From: Lama glama
Taxonomy: Eukaryota
Direction of reading: 5' to 3'
Assembly (NCBI GenBank): GCA_028534125.1
Contig: CM052817.1
Coordinates: 101,310,001 to 101,374,000 of the forward strand
DNA length: 64,000 nucleotides
The translations under genes and the position numbers were made by a program. This document shows positions 12,969 to 25,100 of the stretch, piece by piece. Within the stretch, counting starts at the first letter, position 1, and every line of letters starts with the position of its first letter. Below the pieces are notes generated by a model. The model searched no databases. It was not told where the DNA came from and saw only the letters and a list, made by a program, of their open reading frames with translations.

Positions 12969-13153
12969 CAGCAGCGTGCAGGGTCAAAGACAGCCGGCCC
13001 CCCATGTCAGTGGTCTAGGATGGCCAGTGAAGCCACCAACATCCCAAGTCCTGTGGTACGCCAGATTGACAAGCAGTTTCTGATTTGCAGTATATGCCTG
13101 GAGAGGTACAAGAATCCCAAGGTTCTCCCCTGTCTGCACACTTTCTGCGAGAG
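12969..13153 (+). CDS. TRIM2: TRIM2 exon: N-terminal extension [17 protein letters not shown], then [44 protein letters not shown](R) (RING, first half)
   Basis: Acceptor tctgacag at 12968, in-frame ATG at 13020-13022, donor AG|gtaagc at 13154. Confidence 0.95.
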
Positions 13154-16100
13154 GTAAGCCTCCTTTGTGCTGGGGGAGGGAGTTTCACAGACTGACCTCC
13201 TGCAACCTGCCAAAGGGTTCTTTCCAGAATTCTCCAGTTACCTATGGGAGACAGTAAATCTTTTGTGCTTCTGGTAGACATCTAGAAACATAACCACGAG
13301 TTGCCAATAATTTAGTTTATCTCAAATAACTCTAAGTAGGAGGAAGTAATCCAGTAGCCACTGAAGTTCCATGGGAGATGGAACATTAAATATTTTAAGA
13401 TTGAAACATTTTTAGCACAGGGAACTATATTCAATGTCTTGTAATAACCTCTAATGGAAAATAATCTGATAAAGAATAGACTTATGTACGTAAATATAAA
13501 TGAATCATTTTGCTGTATGCCTGAAACATTGTAAATCAACTATACTTCAATTAAAAAAATGAAAAAAAAATTTTAATTTCCCTTTGTTCCTTGTGACACA
13601 GTTTTTGCCCACCACACATCTCTCAGAGAGGATCTTTGGTGAGGCCAATTAAAAGTCTATCATTTTCTCCCACATAACGAATCAGGTAAAATACCTGCAT
13701 ATATGAGGAGTTAGTTGAAGAGAGATCTTTCTTCCAAAGATACTTCAGAAGATGCATACTGATGGCACATGTTATGATGTTGCAGATGAAGGAAAAAAAC
13801 TGTATATATATATGAAATAATTATAAATTACCTGAATATACAGTTTGTTACATATGAAAACACACTTCTTTTTTTTAATCTTTCTTAAATAGTTTTTCCA
13901 TTGAGTTAATCAATTTTCAAAATATATTTTTTACCCTCTTGTTCAGCTTACACCATCAGCAATTAAGCATTAAAAACACTGTTAGCAATTAGTTTATCTG
14001 TGGTCTACTTTATTTCCCTAGTAAGTTTACATATTTTTCTTTTTTTTATATTACCTTACACATTCACTGTTTTTGGGTTTTTTTTTTCTTTTTGAGTTTT
14101 ATTAGATAGAATTATTACAGTTTGCACATATACATTATATTGCATGTAAATACATATATACAATATACTTCACTTTTTATTAGTTTACATATGTGTACTG
14201 ATCATTGTTTCTAAGAACAAATTAGAGCTTTAGCTTCTTAAACTTACATAGTTATCAAAGGAATAAAGCCAGCCACAAAATAAGAATCAACAGAATGTGG
14301 TAATCCGATCATAAAGGACAGTCAAATATGCTTACACATATTCAAGAAATTACATATTCAAGAAATCAATCATCTAAGTTATAAATAATAAGTAGTTCAT
14401 TTGTGTCCTTTTTTTTTTTGATGTGGTATACGGATCAAAGTATTTTTTGTTTGTTTTTTATTTTGGTGATGGGGGAGGTAATTAGGTTTATTTATTTAGT
14501 TAGTTAGTTAACAGAGATCCTGGGGATTGAACCCAGGACCTTGTGCATGCTAAGTACGCGATCTACCAGTGAGCTATACCCTTCTCTCCTGCATATTTTT
14601 CTTAAAAACAAATATGGTAATTATTTTTATAGCATTTTATTAAATATATTTTCCTTTATTACTTAATGCACAAAATTAATTTTTTTTACCTCCTATCATA
14701 GAGCAGGAAACTGGTATTTCCAATGACTTCACATCAATGCTAATTACATTTACCATCCAATCTAACATACATTTGTTATCTGATTGAACGTTCTTTGAGT
14801 TGATTTACTTTGGAAGGTCTCAGCTGCAATAGAAAAATCACATCCTTGGTGGTGATGGATGGATGGATTCGGTGGATTTGTTACTGGTGGTTGTGGTGTT
14901 TTGTTTCTTTGTTTTGGGTTGTTGTGGAGTGTGTGTGTGTGTGTGCGTGTGTGTCTACTTTTTGTTTGTTTGAAGTGGTGGTATATAAGGGCACCGATAC
15001 TTTATTCATTTTATATGTCGGCTTATGCACTTTATAATTCATACTCCAAAATGGCTAAATGGAGAGTGACTTCCCCCTCACTCCATGGATGTAGCTAAAA
15101 CATGAACCCCAGCTGACTGTCCACGGTTCCCCGGGCTCACGTGGTAAGATGACTTTGAAATGCAGCAGTCGACACAGCCTGGAACTCTGTACACGATGCT
15201 GAGAGCCACTCAGTTTGAGCTTGGCAGAGCTGCCCCATCCCCCGCTGTTCAATGCCTGGGCAGTCTGTTGTTTGGCTTCTATTTCCTTGCTCTGATAGGT
15301 GAGAAGCAACCCTTCTGGGCTGCCCTGGGTCTGCTCCCTGCCGTCTCAGTGAGGACTATTTCAGCCCACTTCCAACTCCCATCCAATAGCTAGTGGCAGA
15401 AATTTTCAAGATCGTACCATGGCAAGTCCCTATGGAATGCTGTATGTTGACATTGTTTTAGCATTGTTTGCATTGCAATTATGTACTTCCTTAAAATAGG
15501 AAAATTTTGTTTACATAGAGACAAAATTTCAAGGCTGGTCTTACTGTCATTGGCGAGTGAGACCTAAGACCCCTTACCTCCACCTCCTGCCGGGCACAAA
15601 CACCAGCCAGTGAAGAGCAGCCCTCTTACTGTCATTTCTTCCAAAATGCCATCAGTGGGGCTTGGAAGACAGAGACTCAGTCCCTGGCCTCATGAAGCTT
15701 ACAACTAAGTGGAGGAGCCAGTTGTTAACCATCTAATCACTACGGTTAATGTGAAATTAAACCAATGACAAGTGCTACATACCAGACGCACACAGGCGGC
15801 CGCATAATAGAGGAATTTGCTCTAGTCAGGGAAGGCTTCCGTGCAGAAGCGATGATTAAGTAGAAATCCCAAGGGTGAGAAAAAATTAATTTAGCAAAGG
15901 GGAGTGAGCAGAAGGAAAGAATTTCAGGGATGTGCAAATGTGGAGAGTGAGAGGGACCGTGACACTTAGGAAGAACTTAAATAAGCCCAGTGTGGCAGAC
16001 ATGCAGCAAATGAAGAAGAAAGAAAATGTCTAGGTGTCAGATCATACAGGTGCATAATCCGTATCACCACATATGGACTCCTGTCTTCCTTGTATGAGGG

Positions 16101-19100
16101 GAAGCCACAGAAGGGTTTCACCTTCAAAGTGAGAGGAAGGAGAATGGTGAGCTGTGAGTTTTGAGAAGGTCACTCTGGTTGCAGTATGGAGAAGGGTTAG
16201 CGGGGTACAAGGGGGATGACCGGACACCAGGTGCAGAGCAACTGCAGAAACCTGAGAAAGGGTGGTGTGATGCAGACGGAGACCTGGAGAAGCTGGAAAA
16301 ATATTTAGGGATACCCAGGCTTTGGTGATGGGTTGGATGTGGACAGTGAAGGCCAGTAAGGGAATTACGGTTTGAAGAACGACTCCTACATTCTGGTTTA
16401 CTTAGATGACTGGATGGAGGTGTAGTTCATTGAGATTCGGGGGGTGGACACAGTTTGCGGGAAGGTCAGGGGTTTGGTTTTGAACATGTGAGTATTAGGA
16501 CCTGTGACACATCTAAGAGGGGAGGTCAAGAGATCAGTTGGTGTACAGATGTGGGGCTCAGGGGAGACATCCGTGTGGGAAGAAGCATAAATATGGGAGT
16601 GTTATGCTTACTTTTAGGCACTACAGTATAATGCAATACCCCAGGGAGAAAAGAAGGCTTACAGTAAGCCTTGCTTAACTCCAAAGTGTATTGATTCAGT
16701 CGAAAAGAGCAGGCAGAAAGAACCCAGTGAGTGTGATGTCATAAGCCAAGGAAGGATAAAGTTTCCCAAAAAGGAGGGGTAGGGAGATTGTGGTCAAACG
16801 TGATGAATACTGTTAAGAAGTCTAGTAAGACAGTATTGAAAAGTAAATGTCTGTTAGATGTAGATGTCGCTAGTGACCTTAGAGAAAGCTGTTTCGTCTC
16901 TGGTATTGATTCAGTGCTATGCCACCGACGTGTGTGACATTGGGAAGGTCAGCTTACCTCCTCCGTGTCAATTTCCTCATCTGCAAAATAAGAGAAAAGG
17001 AGCGAAACTGGAGGTTTTCACATTCTGTCTGCCGGAGAAACTGGTAGACAGTATACACTGCAGTTATGGAGAGCTTAGATTCTGATCCCAGGTTGCCTGC
17101 GTTTACCTGCTGCTCTGCCTCTGACCACCTAAATCCCTCGGGCAAATAGCACCCTCTCTCTGCCTGCGCTTCCGCATGTGTCTGAAGGAGATCACAGGGT
17201 TATTGGAAGGACAATTGACCCTTGAACAACACAGATTTGGACTGCACAGGTTTACTGATTGCGGATTTTTTTTCAGTGGTGAATACTATGGGATTCCACG
17301 ATCTGCGTTTGGTTGAATCCTCAGACACAGAACCGCAGGTGCGGAGGAACCGGGTAATCGGAGGGCTGGCCCTAAGTACATGTGGATTTTCCACTGCAGG
17401 AAGTGTCGGCTCCCCTAAACCCTTAGTTGTTCGTGGGCAACTGTACTTTGAACTTAGTGAGCGGTGTTACTCATTATTAGCCATACATTTTGCTAATTAA
17501 ATGAATTAAATTTGACACCTTTTAAAGAGAGGTCAGGATGGTGGGACTCCATCCCTCTTTCAAACAAAACATTTCCACTTTGATATGTTTTCAGCACCTG
17601 AGATCTGCTGATGATTTTGTATGTAAAAAGAGTTTAAATGTTAACAACAAAAAGTGACATATTTCTCCCAATTTGTGTGAAAGTCCACAAATTCGTGAAC
17701 ACCATACTAGATATTCTAGACCAATCTTCACCTTGAATGTGCATACAAATTGCCTTGGAATCGGATTCATTGGGTCTGGAGTGGGACCTGTGGTTCTGCA
17801 TTTCTTCCAAGCTCTGGGTTGAGGCCGGTGATGCTCACCCATGGACCACACTTTGCTGGTGTGACAGAGCTCTAAGAAACACTACCAAAGCCAGTGAGAT
17901 TCTTCTTCTTTTTTTTTTTTTTTTTTTTTAGCAGAATCCTTTGCCTGATCAGTTGACGGGTCCAATGTGAGGTTACTTATTAACCTCAGAGATATTCTTT
18001 TCCCAGTAAAGGAAGCTACCACGGAAGATCGTGCCGAGTAGCCCTGTAGTCACTGAGAACGTGTATGGTATCCATTCCAGGAGCCCCGCTGTGCTGACAG
18101 CCCTCCTTCTCTTCTGCTCTGGCAACAGGTGCCTGCAGAACTACATTCCCGCCCACAGTTTAACCCTCTCCTGCCCAGTGTGCCGCCAGACCTCCATCCT
18201 ACCCGAGAAGGGGGTGGCCGCGCTTCAGAACAACTTCTTCATCACGAACCTGATGGATGTGCTGCAGCGAACTCCAGGCAGCAACGCCGAGGAGTCCTCC
18301 ATCCTGGAGACGGTCACCGCTGTGGCTGCGGGGAAGCCTCTCTCGTGCCCAAACCACGATGGGAATGTAAGTGAGCGGACTGCAGGTACTACTGCGTGGC
18401 CGTGCGGCTGCTTGATTTGGGGAGGCTTTGGGCAATCAGAGGTTAGACACTAACACAGAACTCCACCTGGAAACTGAGTGATTCAAAATGCGTTTTCCCA
18501 GTCCTCAGACTATTTTGCCTGCTTCCTTTCTCTGACCGAATTTAAATAATAAAATCAATCTTCATTGTGTCTACTTAGCACAAATTGTTGGTTTCAGCAG
18601 GGGAGCTAACCTATAACTCTGCAAGCTGGGCATACTTCGCCCCCCATAAACATCTGTATAATAAATTATAAAGATGTCTAACAGATAAGTTCTGCAAATT
18701 GAGAATGATTATTAAAATATTACTGAAAAAAACAGAGAAGTAACACTAAAGTGTTACTAAGTGTACTAAAAAGCTATACACTAAAGGACAAGACAGAAAA
18801 GAAAAGAAAAAGAAGTTACTGAATTACAGTTCTTTCTTTTTCTTGTAAGGGAAATTTTACTCACGCTCCCTTAGACCCTACTTCTTAATCATAAATAGAA
18901 TTTGAAATTATGTGAACCTCTCACAAGAGATTATAGATTATGGATTCCAAACATATTTCCTGCTACCAGCAAGCACAGTAACCATTGTAAACCCAGGAGG
19001 ACAGCGTGTCCCATCAAATAATGGATTCACAGTAGCCGTGTGCCCGGACAGGCAGCACTGCTTAGCAGCTCACTGTTGGCTTTGGACTCAGATTGTCTGA

Positions 19101-22100
19101 TTCAAATCCTGCTTTTTAATTCAGCCCCTGTGTCAGCTTTGGCAGATTTATTAAACTCTCGGTCTCACTTCCTCATCTGTCAAAAAGAAAGCAATAATAG
19201 TTTCCCATACAGGATTATTTGGAGAATTAAATATTTAAGTCAGAGAAAGCATGTGGTAAGCTCTCCATAAATGGTAGCTGTTAAGTTATTTCTAGCTTAT
19301 GACTTCACCTTTTTCTTTATATAATGGCCACTCCAGAAGTATTGGAAACTGCTGTAATAAAACTCTAAGGCAACAAGAGATCATTAGAGCCAAGCAATAA
19401 GTATTAGCCATAATGACTGACTGTTGAGTTAACTCTCATACCACTCCCTGCCCACTGTGCTGCAGCCTCCCTGGCCTCCTAGAACTTTCCATGTGGTCTC
19501 CCACCCTGGAGCCCGGCTGTTCTCTGTTCCTGATGATCGGTATGCTCCTGGCTCCCTCTTTACGTGGCTGGCTTGTTCTCATCCTCCCTGCCTCAGCACA
19601 AACTCCTCCCATACAGAGCAGTCTTCCCAGATGCCCTAGCTAAGGCAGACCACCTCTGACACCCGGGTACCTGGCATCGCACCGCTGTCTTGACTTGACA
19701 TTCGCCACGTTCTGCCTGCCTCCGTGTGTCTGCTGACTTACTGATCTCCTGGCCCTGCTTTTAGAAAGTGAGCTCCAAGAGGGAGGGACCATGTCCATCA
19801 TTAGACCCCTGGCACTAAGCCCCGTATCTTACACATGAAAGTGCACATACAAACAGAGACCAACCAAATAAAACAAAAAAGGCTATTGATTCAGCACTTG
19901 CTGTAACAAGGAGTCAGCCACCATCCCTCGTGTTTTGTCAGAGACTCAGGGTCAGGCAGAGGAGTGGGAAAGCTCCATAGTGGGAAAACGGGGTCGGCTG
20001 CAGGTGCGCCCTGACTGGGAGCTGCTGACTTGGGGAAGCTGGAGGCAAACGATTTCGTAGTGGGCAAACCTCTGTGATTGCTGAGGGGTGCAAATTTGTC
20101 TTTCTCTGGTTGCTCCTAAGTTGGAAGCAGGGACAAAAAGTATTAGTTCTCAAGCCCTAGCCATTTGGGGCCAGGTGGTACAGAATTTATTGTTTAGTTT
20201 GTTGGATTGTTACCAGAGATAGCAGTTTGACTTTTCTCTACAATTCTGACTCGTAGCAGGCTGGCTTCCTGTGTTGTTTCACGTAGATAAGGGGATGGGT
20301 CTCCCAGGCAGGTTGTGGGTCCCAGTTCTATTTTTCTATCTGGTCTGACCATTGTCCATCTTTATATTCAGTCTCTTAGAAGTCAACCAGCACCTATTTG
20401 TTGAACAAATGGCCAGACACCATGCTTGGCTTCTTACACACCACTCGGTGTCAAGTAGGTATTGGGTACCTTCATTTTATAGATGAAGAAACTGAGACTT
20501 GAACGGTTTAAATCACACACCTCTCACACTGGCTCTTAGTGAAGACTAAGGCTGTCTCCTCCCGGGGCTTACATCCTAAACACTAGTCTGGGAAGGCATT
20601 TATATCAGACACATGAGTCCCCGTACCCCTTAAAGTGTAGTCCAGGCATGGAGTTCTCTGAAGACCTGTGCTGATAGGAAAGTAAAGTTCCAGAAACGTT
20701 AGGAGACCTACGGTACACACTGGTCCAAATTTGGGGTGTCAAGGACAGACACGTAGAATGAGAAATAATGGCAACTGGAATGATTACATCAATAAGTAAA
20801 GGCAAGAGTGTTGTGGAATTCAGGAAACAGCTTGCAGCTCAGCTCAGCTAGAGCCTGGAGATGGGGCGACAGTGGTGGGAACACAGCTGGGTTGCAGGAT
20901 GCAGGGATGGGTCTGGAAAGAGAGGGGAGGAATTGTGATGAGCTATGAATGTCATTGAGGAAAGGTTTGACCTAAACACCATAAGCAGTGAGGAAGTATA
21001 TCACTTATTTGTGAGATCTAAAACAAAATGATACAAATGAACTTATTTACAAAACAGAAACAAACTCACAGACATAGAAAACACATTTATGATTACCAGG
21101 GGGTAAGGGGTTGGGAAGGGATAAATTGGGAGTTTGAGATTTGCAGATACTAACTACTATATATAAAACAGATAAACAACCAGTTTCTACTGTGTAGCAA
21201 GGGAACCGTATTCAATATCTTGTAATAACCTATAATGAAAAAGAATAGGAAAAGGAATATATGTATGTATATATGTATGACTGAAACTTGATGCTATACA
21301 CCAGAAATTGACACATCGTAAACTGACTATATGTCAATAAAAAATTCTTGAAAATAAAAATAAAACCTTTTAAACAGGAGGTGAGTATTTTAGTGGCATG
21401 GTGGAGGAATAGAATAGCTGAGACTGGAGGCTGCAACACCAGTTCTGAGTTTAGTATTGAGTTGGCCAAATGAGAGATGGTAAGAGCTAGAATGAAAATT
21501 TCATCAATGGACTTGGAGAAGGAAGGATGAATTTTAGAGAGGAGAGTACTGTTTCACTTGAGAATCTGCCCCCCAAAATTAAAAAGGCATATACTAAAAT
21601 CTGTTGAACCAAGCTATGAAGACTTTGAGCAATTCAAATTGATCATCTAATAGGATTAAAAAAAAATCACTGTATTTTCGCATTGTGTAGACCAAGTTCC
21701 TGCACCACAATGCAATAAAGTTACACTAGGACCGTATGTTATAGAAGAAACCCCAAATCTTTTTTAAGCTTATAATTACTTAATCAAAGAAAATTAGTAA
21801 AATTAAGATTATTTACAAAATAGTGTAAGTGGAAACTTTATTAAATGTGTAAGATAAAGTCAAATCTGTACTCAAGAAATTTTATAGGTTTAAGTATTTT
21901 CTGTTATTTAAAAAGAGTGCATTTCTAGAAATTAGGAAAAGGACAATAAAATAAATATATGGAACACAAAACAAAGAATAAAGATAAGATAACTTTGGAG
22001 AATATGAAAATAATGAAACAGTGGAGTTGATGAATAAATCCAAGAGCTGAATTTTTAAAAATTAATTAAATAACCTGACATCTGATAAAGCAACAAAGGG

Positions 22101-25100
22101 TAAATATATAAGCCAGATTAGGGCTAATAAAGAGATATCAGCACAGATAAAAAGATTTTAAAATTTGTCAGTTCTCTGTGCTAAAGGCTAATGAAGTCTG
22201 AATGAAGTGAATGATTAAGAAACTACAAATGATCAAGAAAATCCAAGTAGACCTATAATCTTGAGAGAAACTGGTAAAAGTGAATTTAAAACTGAATACC
22301 TTCAAGCCTGTATGAAACAGGTATGATTCATGGTATCTACACTTCTGGACCGTAAGTGAAGATAAGCCCCAAGTTCACCTGTGATACACTCATGACTCGG
22401 GCACCAAAATCTAGTGACGACAGAAGAAGAAGAAAACTACAAATCATTCAGTTTATGAAAGTAGCTGTAAAATTCTTATTTAAAATACCCCAGTACATTT
22501 TTACTGTATAAGGGTGCTTACTTAGAAATTAAGTATATGAACATCACGAAAGAAAATGAGCATAGAACTTAAAAAATTCACAGGTGGTATAAAAATGGCT
22601 GATAATCATATGAGAAAAGATGTTAAGCTTCACAAAGAATTCCTGAAGATGTATTTCCTGAGCATCTCTGGGCACGGAGACCCTTGGATGCCATGGGCTG
22701 CTAAACAGAACACTCTCAGAGATGCTGATTGCAGCAAAGTTAAAGCCTTTAGGTTAAACCTTTCCCTTGTCTATCAAACATACTGCATTAAATCACATTA
22801 AAAATTAACTCTATTAAAAGATTGGATCCTCCTGGAGGTGAATGAAGCTATTTTAAAGTATGTTTTGAGCACTTCCTCTGTGCTGGGTCGTTCTGATTCT
22901 TTGGAATCATAAAGCTTATAAACCAGGAAGAGGCCTTGGAAAATTAACTGCATGTCTTGAATCATTCAATTGCTTCACCGTAGATTGTAGGAATTCACTA
23001 CTGCTGCTTTGAAACAGGGGTCCTCATTGCATATTCAAGCCAAATGCATGCAATATTACGGATAAATTGCTGCAGTTAATTGCCATGGGTAAATCTTTAA
23101 AAACAATTCAAGCATCAGAAGGTTAATAAAATTGGGTAATTAACAGTAAAGCAGGATGTTGCCTCATAAACTGCCTGGTGCTGATTAGCACATGTGGAGG
23201 AAAGCCTGTCATTTACTTTAAGTGCTGTGACACTATCTGTCTTCTAATTAAACTGCCACGGCTGCATTGTTCAAATACAAAGAAAAATGGGAATAACGGT
23301 CAGTGATTTAAGAGGTTCTCTGCACTTAAAGCAGACATTTGAGCTCATGCCTCATCCCAGAACACAAATGATCATTAAGCCCTGTTGTTGGTTCCTTAGG
23401 CTCCTCACTAACAAGGATGTTAAGAGGTGCAAACCTTAAATCCTCATTAAGAATGCTCTGCCACTCACCAGTTTCCACTCCCAGAAGCCTCGGGGTTGGC
23501 TGCGAGGCCCTGAGCATCCTTTCCAGCATCTTCTCTCTTAACAAACACAGACAGTGACTACCTGTCAACAAGGATAAGCTCATCCTGGCCTCTGGCCCCC
23601 CTCACCCCTGGGAGCACCCACATCAGCTCATTGGAGATGGATGAGCTCAGCTGAACCTCACACCTCACACAATTAAATCTCAGCTGGAATCAAAGCTGTC
23701 AGAACCCAAGCACAAGCATTTGAGAATGACGAGTTGTTGACGCTTCAGAATAATTCCAGGGCTTTTGCTTCCCAAGAAACACTTGGGATACTGAACCAGG
23801 GGCAATTACCCAGGTCGGCTACTGTCTCTTCAAAAGTGCAATCAATTTTTTTTTTTAATTTTGGGGGGTGTTGGTAATTATGTTTATTTATTTTTTAATG
23901 GAGGTACTGGGGATTGAACCCAGGACCTTGTGCATGCTAAGCATGTACTCTACCACTGAGCTATACCCTCCCCCCAATTTTTTAAATTGAAGTAAAACTC
24001 ATGTAACAAAACATTTAACATTTTAACCATTTTAAAGTGTACAATTCAGTGGCTTTTAATATATTCAAAAGGTTATACCAACAACACCACTATCTAATTC
24101 CAAAAGTTTTTCATTATCCTCCAAAGAAACTCCATATCCACTAAGCAGCTATTCCTCATCCCCTTCTCCTAGCCCCCACTCTGGCACCCACCAGTCCACT
24201 TGGTCTCTATGGATTTGTCCATTGTGGACATTTGATATAAATGAAATCCTACAATATGTCGCCTTCTGAATCTGGCTTCTATCACTCAGCATAGTGTTTG
24301 CAGGGTTCATCTACATTGTAGCATATTTCAGAACTTGATTCCTTTTTTATGGCTAAATAATATTCATCATCCAGGCATACCACAATTTGCTTATCCATTC
24401 ATGAGTTGATGGATATTTGGGTTGTTTCCACTTTTTGGCTATTATGAATAATGCTGCTATGAACATTCATGTGCAGTTTTTGTGCGGACATATGTTTTCA
24501 GTTCTCTTGGGTTTATAGCTACGGGTGGAATTGCTGGGTCATATGGTAATATTTACCTTCGAAGAACCACCAACTGATTTGACAGCAGCTACGCCACTTT
24601 ACATTCCCGCCAGCAAAGTATGAGTGTTCCTATTTTTCCACATTCTCATCAGCACTTGTTATTGTCTCATTTTTGAGTCTGGCTATCCTAATTGGTGGGA
24701 AGTAGTGTCTCATTGAGGTTTGGATTTGTTTTTTTCCCAGTGACTAATGATGTTGAAAATATTTTCCTTTGCAAATTGGCCATTTATTTATCCTCTTTGG
24801 AGAAATGTCTATTCAATTCCTTTGCCAGTTTTTGAATTGGCTCTTGAGTTGTAGGGGTTCTATATGTTCTGGATACGACATCATTATCAAATATATGACT
24901 AGGAAATACTTTTCCCATTCTTTTCTCTCTCCTGGTAGTGCTCTTTGATGCTCAAGTTTTTAAATTGATAAAGTCCAATTTATCTATTTTTTTCTTTATT
25001 TGCTTGTGTTTTTGGTGTCATATCTAGGAATCCATTGCCCAATCCAAGGTCATGTACAATTACCCCTATAGTTTTTTTCCTAGGATTTTTATAGTTTTAG

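Noticed and set aside
14336..14366. ACATATTCAAGAAAT repeated twice
   Set aside because: Simple slippage duplication within a retroposed element
23845..23975. tRNA-like sequences with A and B boxes (also in the other SINE copies)
   Set aside because: tRNA-derived SINE heads with A-rich tails and TSDs, not tRNA genes
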